Notes under the pieces: model-generated
What the model saw: the letters and a program-made list of their open reading frames with translations, nothing else
The model's database searches: none
What the model was told of the DNA's origin: nothing
Shown: one piece after another, positions 50,687 to 62,152 of the stretch
Position numbering within the stretch: the stretch's first letter is position 1
Layout of the letters: every line of letters begins with the position of its first letter
DNA from: Felis catus
Lineage: Eukaryota
DNA: 64,000 nucleotides
NCBI RefSeq assembly: GCF_018350175.1
Contig: NC_058368.1
Span: forward strand, 215,700,001 to 215,764,000
Direction: 5' to 3'
Program-made: the position numbers and the translations under genes

Positions 50687-50860
50687 TGAGAGTGACAGCA
50701 GGCAGGAGAGGCAGAGAGAGGAGAGAGACAGAATCCCAAGCAGACTTCCCATTGTTAGTGTGGAGCCCGATGTGGGGCTTGAAGTCACTAACTGTGAGAT
50801 CATGACCTAAGCTGAAATCAAGAGTCAGACGCTTAACTGATTGAGTCATCCAGGTGCCCC
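50652..50860 (-). mobile_element. CanSINE with (GTT)n tail
   Basis: (GTT)10 at about 50656-50685; head ccaggtgcccc. Confidence 0.9.
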
Positions 50861-51099
50861 ATACTCTTTTGATGCTGTTTTAAGTGGACCTCATAGTTTA
50901 GTTTTACAAATGTTCATTGCTAAAGATAGAAATGCAACTGAACTTTACATATTTATAATCTATCCTGAAAACCTGCTGAAATCATTTATTAGCTCTAATA
51001 GTTGTTTTTTTTAAATGTATTCTTCAAGATTTTCTATATACATGACACTGATATTTGTGAAGAAAGAATTTAAAATTTTCCTTTTCAATCTGGATGTCT

Positions 51100-51313
51100 T
51101 TTTTATTATTTTTTTAACATTTATTTTTAACAGTAAGAGAGAGTGAGCGAGCATGAGTGGGGGAAGGGCAAAGAGAGAGACACCCACACACAGAATTTGA
51201 AGCAGGCTCTGAGATGTCAGCACAGAGCCTGACCAGGGCTTGAACTCACAAACTGCAAGATCATGACTTGAACTAAAGCCGGACGCTTAACCAACTGAGC
51301 CACCCAGGCACCC
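51100..51313 (-). mobile_element. CanSINE
   Basis: TSD aatctggatgtctttt on both sides. Confidence 0.93.
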
Positions 51314-51999
51314 AAATCTGGATGTCTTTTTTTTTTTTTTCCATTTACTTGATTAATTTTACTAGCTAGCATGTCTGGTATAATTAATACAATTTATAAA
51401 AGCATATATCTCTATTTTGTTCCTGATCTTATGAGAGAAGAATCAAGTCTTTCATCATAAAATATTACATAAATTGGGAGTATTTGTGAGATGGCCCTTA
51501 TCATGTTGGAAAAGTTCTATTCTACTCTTAGTTTCTTGAATATCTGTATCAAAAGGGAGTCGGGTTTTGTTAAATGTTTTGTCAGTGTCTATTGAGATGA
51601 TCCTGTGCTTTATTTCATTTATTCAATTAATATGGTATATTATTGATAACTTTCACAGGTTGAAGCAACGCTGAAATCCTACGATAATTCCCACTCTGTT
51701 CCAGTGTATAAATTATTTTTATATATTGCTGACTTTGGTTTGCAAGCCTTTTGTGTAGGATTTTTGTATCTATATTGCTAAGAGATAGTTTGTAGTTCTC
51801 TTTTAATGTCCTTATCTTTTTTTAAATCAGGGTAATGCATTCCTTAGAATTATTTTAAAAGCATTTCCTCCCTACTATTATTAGGAATAGTTTGTGAGTG
51901 ATTGGTATTAGTTTTGCTTTAAATGTTCGGTGGAATTTGGTATATTTGGTGTAATGATAAATCAAGTCCTATGTACCAAGGCTTTTCTTGGTAGAATTT

Positions 52000-52011
52000 T
52001 ATATATTATAT

Positions 52012-52064
<53 letters not shown>

Positions 52065-52066
52065 AT

Positions 52067-52102
<36 letters not shown>
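52000..52102. repeat. Compound (TA)n(TG)n(CA)n(TA)n microsatellite
   Basis: Directly visible; the arms are self-complementary. Confidence 0.95.
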
Positions 52103-52103
<1 letters not shown>

Positions 52104-52735
52104 ATTTATTGTATACTCTTTATTGTAATACTGAGATCTATCAAGATTTCTCTGTTTCTTCTTTAGATTCAGTTCATTAGTTTATGTCTCTAGGAATTTG
52201 GTTCATCTAGGTTATTTAATTTATTGTCATAAAAACATTGTCAATTGGACTTCCCTGTAATCCTTTAATTTCTCTAATGTCATTAATAATGCACTTTCTT
52301 TCATTACTGATTCTAGTAATTTGAATTTTTGTCTCATCAGTCTAGCTAAAGAGTTGTAAATTTAGTTGATCTTTCCAAAGAACCAGAATTTGATTTCACT
52401 GAATTTTCTAGATTGTGATTTTATCTCCATTTCATTACTTTTCTTGCTATAATTTATTATTATTTTCCTCTGCTTACCTTGAGCCTAATTTTTCTTCTTT
52501 TCCTGATATATTAATGTGAGCAATTATACCTATTATGTACAACTATTCTTCTTTTTTAATATAGGTTTTTAAAGCTATAAATTTCCTCTAAACACTGCTT
52601 TAGCTGCATCCCATAAATTACAGTATGCTTATAGTATGTTGCATTTTTAATTTCATCCATTTTAAAATTATTTTTTTTCTAGTTTTCTTTGCGTGATTTC
52701 TTCTTTGATGATTTCTTATTTTGTTATTTTAAACT

Positions 52736-52948
52736 TTTTTTTCAACGTTTTTTATTTATTTTTGGGACAGAGAGAGACAGAGCATGAACAAGGGAGGAGC
52801 AGAGAGAGAGGGAGACACAGAATCCGAAACAGGCTCCAGGCTCTGAGCCATCAGCCCAGAGCCTGACGCAGGGCTCGAACCCACGAACCGCGAGATCGTG
52901 ACCTGGCTGAAGCCGGACGCTTAACCGACTGCGCCACCCAGGCGCCCC
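52736..52948 (-). mobile_element. Young felid SINE (SINEC_Fc-type)
   Basis: TSD cttattttgttattttaaa on both sides. Confidence 0.97.
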
Positions 52949-53104
52949 CTTATTTTGTTATTTTAAAAAGTGTGGTTTAGTTTTCATGTATTTTTAACTT
53001 CAACAAATCTCTACATGTGGTTATTAATTGCATGTAATTTCTAATTCAATCCACTGTGGTCAGAGAACATAATTTATATGATTTCAGTACGTTTGTATTC
53101 ATTG

Positions 53105-53346
53105 TGTTTTGTATTTTATTTTATTATTTTTTTAATTTTTTAAAAATGTTTATTTTTGACAGAGAGAGAGACAGAGCATGAGCGGGGGAGGGGCAGAGAG
53201 AGAGGGAGACACAGAATCTGAAACAGGCTCCAGGCTCTGAGCTGTCAGCACAGAGCCTAACAAGCGGGGCTCAAACTCACAGACCAGGAGATCATGACCT
53301 GAGCCGAAGTCAGACACTCAACCGACTGATCCACTCAGGTGCCCCC
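53105..53346 (-). mobile_element. CanSINE
   Basis: Standard body; flanking tgtgttttgta duplication. Confidence 0.93.
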
Positions 53347-54356
53347 GTGTGTTTTGTACTTTAAACTATGATCTATCCTGGAGAATTTTATGTGCACTCT
53401 TAGAAGAATGTGTGTTTTCCTGTTTCACATTGAGATGTTCTAATGATATCTCTGAGGTTTAGACGGTTTGTAGTGTTCAGGTCTTCTACTTCTTGATCTT
53501 CTGCTGAGATGTTATATTTATTATTGAAAGTTGGGTAATGAAGTCTCTTACTATTGTTATTAAATGGTCTGATTCTCTCTTCAGTTTTTCAGTTTCTGTT
53601 TCATATGTTTTGGGCCTGTGCTGTTAGGTACATATATTTTATAATTCTTGCGTCCTGCTGATAGATTGACCATTTCATCATTATAAAATATTTGACTCCA
53701 GTAATAATTTTGTCATAACATCTATTTTGCCTGATTCAACCATGGGCTCTATCAATTCTCCTTTGGGTAATATTTACATGGCACATCTTTTCCCATCCTT
53801 TTATTTTTAACCTAAGCTCTGGATATAAACCTCTTATATATAGTATTATAAGCACTTTGTGTTTTTGTTATGCCTTTTGTCAATTTTTACATCTTTGTGT
53901 AGTTTCTAGTCTGTTTACATTTAATACAATTACTAATAAGATGGGATATATCTGACATTTTGCCATTATTTTCTGTAGCTTTCATGTGCTTTTTATTTTT
54001 TTCTATTGTTTCATTACTGTATTTTTCGTTAAATGGAAATATTGGGATATATAATTTTAACTCTAGTTTTGCTTGTTTTGCTAAATTTTTCTGAGTTTCT
54101 TTTTTGGAATAGTTACCATAGAAAATATGAATAATTTAGAACAATCTAGTTCAGACTAATACCAGTGCAATTTCAGTTATATACAAAAATTTTGTCCTAA
54201 CACAGGTCAGTTTCCTCCTTCTTGTGGTATCATTATTGTCATATAAATTACATTTTTGTTTACCATAGACTTATTAGCATAGTTTTATAGCTATTATTTG
54301 TGAAAATTTCTATTGAATAGATAGAATGAAAGTGTTATAAAGAAAATACATATTTT

Positions 54357-54706
54357 TCAGCTTAAGAAAAGAATGAAGTGTGTATAATACTACAAGAATA
54401 AATCTTAAAAAATATTAAGTGAAAGGAACTAGAAACAAAATGTTATATATTATATGAAACCATTTATATGACACATCCAGAATAGGCAAATACAGGAAGA
54501 CAAAAACCATATTAATGTTTTTCAGGGGCTGAGAGGAGACAGGAATAGGGAGTAAAAGACCAAGGGATACGTGGTTTTCTTTAAGGGCAATGAAAATGTT
54601 CTAGAACTATATAATGGTGATGATTGCATGATGCTGTAAATGTATTAAATGCCACAAAATTTGTGAATATGTGAATTTATGTTTGTGAATTTTACCACAA
54701 TAAAAA
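54357..54706 (+). mobile_element. L1MB-type 3' end inserted in the opposite orientation in the old L1
   Basis: cagaataggcaaat...tgaaaatgttctagaacta...gtgaattttaccacaataaaaa. Confidence 0.75.
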
Positions 54707-55520
54707 TGCATGTATATGTCTTCTAGATTTACCTTTAACACATTATATTTACTTTTTTCACAGTTTTTTTTTATTTTATTGTATGGATTTAAATTAAATT
54801 ACTCTATAGTGTATTTGTATTTCATTCACATAAACCCCTTTTTCTATTTCTTATAAGGTAAGTTTATTAGCAACAATCTTTCTTAGTTTTTGCTTCTCTG
54901 GTAATACCTTAATTTCTTCTTAGTTTTTAAAGCATAATTTTGCTAGACATAGATTTCTGGCTTGCCTTTTTCTCTGAATATGACATCCACCTGCCTTCTG
55001 ACCTACATGATGAGAAGCCAGATGCTAACTTTTTTGAGTATCCCTTTCACATGACAAGTATACTTCTTGATTTTTCAAGGTTTAGGGGCTTTTCTTTGAA
55101 TTTTGACATTTTTTTCATAAGTCGATACATGGCTCTCTTTGAGTTTACCCTACTTCAAGTTTGTTGAAATTCTTGGATGTGAAGACCAAAGTTTTAGCAA
55201 TTTTTTCTTCAAATATTTTTTCTGCCCCTTTCTCTTCCTTTCTTCAGGGACTCCCACTATGAATATTTCAGTATACTTGATAGTATTGTTCACAATTCTG
55301 AGTTCCTGTTCGTCTTTCTTTATTGTTTTTCCTTCTGTTCTGTTCCTCAGATTGGATAACCCCAGTTGTTCTGTCTTCAAGCTGCTGATTATTTATGCTA
55401 TTTTTCAAATATGCTTTTAAGACCCTCTAATGAATATTTTCTTTCAGTTTTTGTGTTTTCTCCTCTAGAATTTCTATGTGGTCCATTTTTTTCTAAATCT
55501 ATTTTTTGATATTCTAAAAA

Positions 55521-55732
55521 TTTTTTTTTCAACGTTTATTTATTTTTGGGACAGAGAGAGACAGAGCTTGAACGGGGGAGGGGCAGAGAGAGAGGGAGGC
55601 ACAGAATCCGAAACAGGCTCCAGGCTCCCAGCCATCAGTCCAGAGCCTGAGGCGGGGCTCGAACTCCCAGACCGCGAGATCGTGACCTGGCTGAAGTCGG
55701 ACGCTTAACCAACTGCGCCACCCAGGCGCCCC
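55521..55732 (-). mobile_element. Young felid SINE (SINEC_Fc-type)
   Basis: TSD ctattttttgatattcta on both sides. Confidence 0.97.
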
Positions 55733-56145
55733 TATTTTTTGATATTCTAGACTTCCTCAGAAACAGTGTCTATTGGCTGTACTTATTTTTCTGTGTATAC
55801 ACTATGTTTTTCTGTCTTTTTGTATTTTATTATTATTATTACTATCTTTTTTGAAAACTGGAATTTTAAAATAATAAAATGTAGCAACTCTGGGAATCCA
55901 TTTTTTTTTCCTCTCCTCAGGCTCTGTTAGTCTATTTCTGTATACCTAGTTAGCATTTTAAATATGGCAACTTTTGAAATCACCCCTCTCTACCCCATTT
56001 GTTAGGGTTCTCTTTTGTTTTCAATCTTGCTACGTGTTCATTAGTGACTTTTCTGAATCAGTTCTGTAAAATCAACTTTTTTTTTTTTTTTCAGGTGAAA
56101 TCTATAGTCAGTTCACTGACTGGTCACTTGAGAGATTCTCTTACA

Positions 56146-56922
56146 CAGTAAAACCTTAGATTGTGAGTAACTTGGTCTGAAAGTGTTCCACAAGAGAAGC
56201 AACCATTTCTAATAAATTGTAACTTGATAAACGAGTGATGTCTTGCAATACGAGTAGTATGTGACGCCGAACATCACATGATCACAACTGAGCCAATGGT
56301 TCTCCTCTCTCTTCCTCTCTCTCGCTTGCTCGCTGTGGGATTGTGGGTGATCGTCTCCCATGCTTGGATGCTCACTGTCAGACTGCAGGGTTTGGCAGAA
56401 ATCGGTGATTTTTCAGAATGTTGGAAGGTGCCCACAATTGGCACTAAAGTATTTTTTTGTCACTTCAAAGCACCTATGGATTGTCCTTTGCTTTTCCATA
56501 CAAGAGGAAGCTTAGGAATGCTTTGCTTCATTCTAGGTCATTGAATAGGTTCTTTGTTAAAGTTGCACAAAAAGGAAAATATTCCATCGAGCCAATAGAC
56601 AGCAGAGATGCAGTTAATGATAGTGAAAGTCCTCCTACACAATAACCCTTGTCTCTCTTGTCTCCCTCACACCAGACACGAAGGTTTTCAAAGGTAAGTG
56701 CAGGTTCATTTGTTTATTTTTTGTTTATATTTTGATTTTCTTTATTATTTCATATTATATTACAATATTGTAATCATTTTTATATAAGCATTTTTGGGTT
56801 GTGGAAGAAATCATCTTGAGTTTCCATTATTTCTTGCGTTATTTCTTCACATTGGTCTGCAAATTCTTTGGATCACAAGCATGTTTCTGGAGGGAATTAT
56901 GCTCGTAACCGAGGTTTCACTG
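56146..56922. mobile_element. Non-autonomous pogo/Tigger-like DNA transposon with imperfect TIRs
   Basis: Left end CAGTAAAACCTTAG; reverse complement of the right end CAGTGAAACCTCGG; TA follows the right end. Confidence 0.7.
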
Positions 56923-56970
56923 TATTCTTTAACCCATTAAGTCTTCTAGTCTTTGCTAGTGGAATGTGTG

Positions 56971-56972
<2 letters not shown>

Positions 56973-57007
<35 letters not shown>
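56973..57007. repeat. (TG)n microsatellite
   Basis: Directly visible. Confidence 0.97.
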
Positions 57008-57008
<1 letters not shown>

Positions 57009-58171
57009 CTGTTTTTAACAGTCTGCAAGGAAGTTTGTAAGCCTACCTTAATTTTCACTACTTTGTTGCCTAGAGTCTTAAGTTCAACCAGAGTTCAGTG
57101 TTCAGGGCTTTCTCAGGTCTTTCGTGGGCATATGCAAAGTCCTGGGTATGCACATAGCTCTGTACATGTACACAGTCTTCCAGAATTCCAGGGTATGTTG
57201 GAGGTTTTCAAAGTGCTCTATGAATATCTCATTCCTTATTTTTTTCCTTTTAAGTTTTTTGGTCAGATATGTGTTGGATGCAGCTGTTATGATCACTTCA
57301 GGAAGGTGTGCTAATTGCCACTGTTTATTTTGAAACATGTCCCAAGCCTAGGGCTGTTTGCAAAAAGTATGTTCTGTGCCACATCAAATATAAAAAAGCC
57401 CAGAGAACCAAGTTTTTTATGGAGCTGACAGACCATTCAAATGGCGGCAATTTGCTGGGCTTTTGGCTTTTGATTTTGGGTGTCCAAACCTGTTGTATCC
57501 TTCCAGTGGCTGTCAGTGTGCTGGTTTCTATAGCTGTTACAGTTACGAGGCTGCTGGTTTTCAAGCCTATTGTGAATCTGGGGAAGAGGATAGGATTAGG
57601 GCATGTCAATGCACAACCGAAGTTGCTGTTCTTATGGAGATTAAATAATTTCTCTTGCATAAGCACTTTTCACGTTCTTGCAAGCTTTTATTTTCTTGAA
57701 TTCTGAAAGCATTTGATTTTGCCAGATTTTCTTGTCCTCAGTGCTCTCATTGTTTTTATGGCAAAGTGGATTTTTGGATGTCCTTACCGTATCATTTCAA
57801 AATTGTCCCCTAGGACCCATTTTTAAGGAAATTTATTTTCAGTTAGCGTGATTTATTATCTTTTTAATACTAAAATGTATTAACTGGCAGTGTTTTATAA
57901 TGCTGTTGCTATCAGGGTAAGAGAGCCTATGGACTATTCACCTTTCTCATATGTAATTACCAGTCCTCTGGAAAGCCACGCGGCTGATCTGGCCAATGAA
58001 ATGTAAACAGAAGTCACATGTCACCAACAGTTGTTATGGCAGGTTATGGAGCAGCTAATTTTGAGTAGAAGTAGAGGTGTTAATTCCTTTTTAAGTCATT
58101 TTTAAAAATAGATATCTGTGTCACGGACAGCCTAAATCTGACTCTAGCAGCGTGTTTTATAGGAAAATGCT

Positions 58172-58385
58172 GGGGCACCTGGGTGGCTCAGTCGGTTAAG
58201 CGGCCGACTTCTGCTCAGGTCATGATCTCGCGGTCCGTGAGTTCGAGCCCGCGTCGGGCTCTGTGCTGACAGCTCAGAGCCTGGAGCCTGTTTCCACTTC
58301 TGTGTCTCCCTCTCTCTGACCCTCCCCCGTTCATGCTCTGTCTCTCTCTGTCTCAAAAATAAATAAAAACATTTAAAAAAAAAAA
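58172..58385 (+). mobile_element. CanSINE (fairly young)
   Basis: CpG-rich body; flanking gga(a/c)aatgct duplication. Confidence 0.95.
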
Positions 58386-58630
58386 GGACAATGCTTTATT
58401 TCCCCCATTCTTAACTAGTTATGTATAGTTTACTTTCATATTCTCTTGTTCCAGAGTTTATACACACTATGTATATGTACACACCTGTATAAGGGAGTGA
58501 TTCTTAAAATGGGGTAGATGTGAATGCCTCCCTCCTTTATCTTTATTACTTAGTTTTCTTTGTTGTAAAAGGCAGATTCACAGAAGCATCTTTCAATGTA
58601 ATCACTGGAGTTATTTATTAATTTTATAAC

Positions 58631-58643
58631 TTTATTTGTTTAT

Positions 58644-58679
<36 letters not shown>

Positions 58680-58848
58680 GCAGGGGAGAGAGAATGGGAG
58701 AAAGAGAAACCCAAGGAGGCTCTGTGCTGTCAGCCCTGAGCCCCACTGCCCTATGCAGGGCTCAAACTCACTAACCATGAAATCATGACCTGATCCAAAA
58801 TTAAGATCTGGAGGCTCAACCACCGGAGCCACCCAGGTGCACTGCCCC
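58631..58848 (-). mobile_element. CanSINE with (GA)n tract
   Basis: Flanking ttataact duplication. Confidence 0.9.
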
Positions 58849-58926
58849 TTATAACTCTTATAACACTTAATAACTAGTGTGGAACTACCCTGAAGAATAC
58901 AACATGATTCCAAAAATCTCCAGTGA

Positions 58927-59056
58927 TGGGGCGCCTGACTGGCTCAGTCAGTTAAGCGAGGAGCCTGCTTGGGATTGTCCTTCTCTCTCTGCCCCCACCC
59001 CTTGCAGTAACACACATGCACTCTCCCTCAAAAATAAATAAATAAACATTTTTAAA
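58927..59056 (+). mobile_element. Internally deleted CanSINE
   Basis: Head ggggcgcctgactggctcagtcagttaagc joined directly to ggagcctgcttgggatt. Confidence 0.88.
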
Positions 59057-59210
59057 AAGTTGTAAGAAAGTATAAGTTGTGTAAGAGTTAAATGATGTAT
59101 TAATTGTGCCTTATGCAACATGGTACAATGTATCCTAAAGTTTCTTTAAATAATAGCTAGTTTACTTCAATTTAAACATTCTCAGTGATAATTTCTATAT
59201 GGTGAGACTC

Positions 59211-59430
59211 TTTTTTTGCTTTTTATTTAATTTTTTTAATGTTTATTTAATTTTTGAGAGAGAGGTAGAGTGGAGCAGGGGAGGGGCAGAGAGAGAGGGA
59301 GACACAGAATCTGAAGCAGGCACCAGGCTATGAGCTGTCAGCAGAGTTCAACAGGGGACTCGAACCCATGAACCGTGAGATTATGACCTGAGCTGAAGTC
59401 AAACGCTTAACTGACTGAGCCACCAGGTGC
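59211..59430 (-). mobile_element. CanSINE
   Basis: Standard body. Confidence 0.93.
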
Positions 59431-59445
59431 TTAGGTGAGAATCTT

Positions 59446-59658
59446 TTTTTTTTTTTTAACGTTTATTTATTTTTGAGACAGAGAGAGACAGAGCATAAAT
59501 GGGGGGAGGGTCAGAGAGAGGGAGACACAGAATCTGAAACAGGCTCCAGGCTCTGAGTGGTCAGCACAGAGCCTGACACGGGGCTTGAACTCAGGGACCG
59601 CGAGATCATGACCTGAGCCAAGTCAGACGCTTAACCGACTGAGCCACCCAGGCACCCC
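59446..59658 (-). mobile_element. CanSINE
   Basis: TSD gtgagaatctt at 59435-59445 and 59659-59669. Confidence 0.95.
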
Positions 59659-62049
59659 GTGAGAATCTTCTTTGTAGCTGGCATTTCTAATTCTCACAGA
59701 GTCTTTCCTTTGTTTGTCACTATGTGTTTCTCCTCCCCACCTTGCTTCCTGGTTATGGTGAATTTCCTATAGATGCTGTGGACTAGATCAAACATCTTTT
59801 CAGCATACAATAATCTCATTCTTAAATTTTCATTTAATACCCCCAAAAATGTTAATTAAGAGGTTAAAATGCCTTGATAGTATTACCCCAAATATTTTCA
59901 AAAATAGTTATTATTACGCTAGAGAATTCCAACAGTCTCAAAATCCCCCCCCCCCAAAAAAAAAGTATACATTTCTCGGGGAAGAATTAAAAATTTAGAA
60001 ATAATGTTTCCAAAAAAATGTATACCCAGAGGAAACAATAAAGATATGGAACAATAGCATGCTTAATGATATTAAATATCCTCTTCTGGAATATTGAATA
60101 CTGAATAATGAAATCGCTCTGAATTTTTTAACCAAAGACATTTCTGTAATATTATTAGAATATATGAAATGGAAGATGCCAATGGGTGAAAAACAAATAA
60201 AAAACATTAAAATGATTCTCATGTAATTATATTTGCAGAGAGAAGACTGGGATCACTGAGGGGAAATGTGGTAAATAAAAATATTAAATATTTACTGCTT
60301 GCAAGAGTATATTTCACTAGACATGGATACATTCCCACAATTAAGTGAATAGGGGTATTAAAAGCTGAACCATTCTAGTTGTCACATCCAGAAAGGTAGA
60401 AAAATGGCCATTGAGATAAGTACTTATAAGGCATTATTAATTACATAGTTTCCCTGGAGTATATTAGTTTTCTATTGCTTCACATCAAATTAGCATAAAT
60501 ATAACAGCTTAAAACAACCTCAGTTCACCACCTTCCAGTGATTCACAGCATTTTTACCTGTAAATCTCATATTCTTCACCCATGAACTGTCAATATAAGA
60601 AATAAAAATCCATACCTATCAAACACAGGGAACAGAGGTGCCCACACCCAACCTCAGGAAAACACATTCTTTAGTACACATACCTAGAAAACTAATCTCA
60701 AATATTTGGTTGCAAACATTTCCAGTTGGAGATGTTCACTTCATTAATGACAACTATATTCCCATTATCGCCATTTTGAGCTACGGCAGGGTCACACAGG
60801 TCACGATTCTCATATCCAGGACGAGTATTTTTTTTTTTTTTTGACTGCTGTCTTGTTTGGCAGTTATGCTAGTTGAGTCCTTCAGTAAGGAGATACTGAA
60901 ATTAAGTGCCATAGTATATTATTATAATAATTATATTCTATATAATACCAGAGGGCAAATATGACAGAGGAGCATATTTTATAGTGAAGACTCTGAAAAA
61001 CAGAAGGAGTGGAGGAGATCAAAGTTGGACAGTGAATGCCTTTATACCTTGAGACCATATTCATCTGCTCTAGCAAAGGTACCATCGAGATCTTGTTATA
61101 GTCTTTGAGTCATTTTTTCAGGATTTTTTTTGTGACTGGCCAGCCTAGTGAATAAAATGGAGATGCAACAGCTATTCCTGAATTCTTCAGATTCCTAAGG
61201 CTTGTACTTTTTTCATCACTCAATCCTGGTTGCAATATTGTCTGTTTTGCTATATTGATTGTAGATTGAAATGGGGAGGTCAGTTTCAGAGGCTTCCATT
61301 TTATCTTTCCCACTATATTTGCTCTTGCCCCTTAATCTAGGACAAATGTGAGAAGTTCTACAATTACCAGGTGTCATTCTGAATTATACATTTGGAACCC
61401 AGAAGATTCACTCTAAATACAGTTTAGCCAAGATTCTATTCAGTACATGGTCTCTGTATGATCTCCTTCCAACAAGGGCGGGGCACTAGGAGAAGATTAT
61501 GGTCTTTAAGGATATCCACTCATTATGTCCCTGGCCCAAACATGAAAAGTTCTAGGTTTTCTAACCAAGGCACGGAATCTTGGTTAGACTTTAGATTTTT
61601 TTTCTCTCCCATTTCAAAGGATAAGGGCCCTTTGCAAGCTACCACAGTGACTTTTTGCACTTCAGTTGTAGTTGCCAAATCCTCTATTCTTCCATTCTCT
61701 CTCTCTAGCACGTCAATGAAATCCCCCTTTTTTGTATATTATTTTATTTTCTACTGTTTACATTTCAAATGACTAAATCATTTTTATAAACTGGCTATTC
61801 CTCTTCCCTGCAACATAACCAAATCAACTCAGATGAAAGTTTCAAGAATTGGATTTCTACCAGGGACCATTCATGCCCCACACACCTTGTAGGATAGGGT
61901 CTTCATTGCCGGCCAGGTGGTGAGAGATCCCATCCTAAATCTCCCTCTTACCAGCTGTGCCCTTGTATTCCTCTTATTAGCTGTATTAGTTTGGTTCTCC
62001 GGGAAGCAGAGAATGAGAGACAGTTAAGAATGTCAGGTGACAGGTGGGA

Positions 62050-62152
62050 GATACACTTGTGGTAAGCATAGCATAATGCATAAACTTGAATTACTATATT
62101 GAGCACCTAAAACTAGTGTAACATGGTGTGGCAGCTGTACTTCAATAAAAAA
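62050..62152 (+). mobile_element. Short L1 3'-terminal fragment
   Basis: gtggtaagcatagcataatg...cctaaaactagtgtaacatggtgtg...cttcaataaaaaaa; homologous to 3038-3138. Confidence 0.7.

Larger units (their letters stand above)
47860..55900 (-). mobile_element. Long old degenerate L1 (L1MB/MC-type), heavily interrupted by SINEs and other L1 pieces
   Basis: 3' end ttattgagatataattcacata at about 47866; continuous ORF2-like antisense text; ORF1 remnant (IFIVGVPEE) at about 55150-55380. Confidence 0.8.

Noticed and set aside
56868..57706. ORFs of 113-148 aa near 57 kb
   Set aside because: They span a Tigger end, a (TG)n tract and probable old L1 5' sequence; no recognisable domain.
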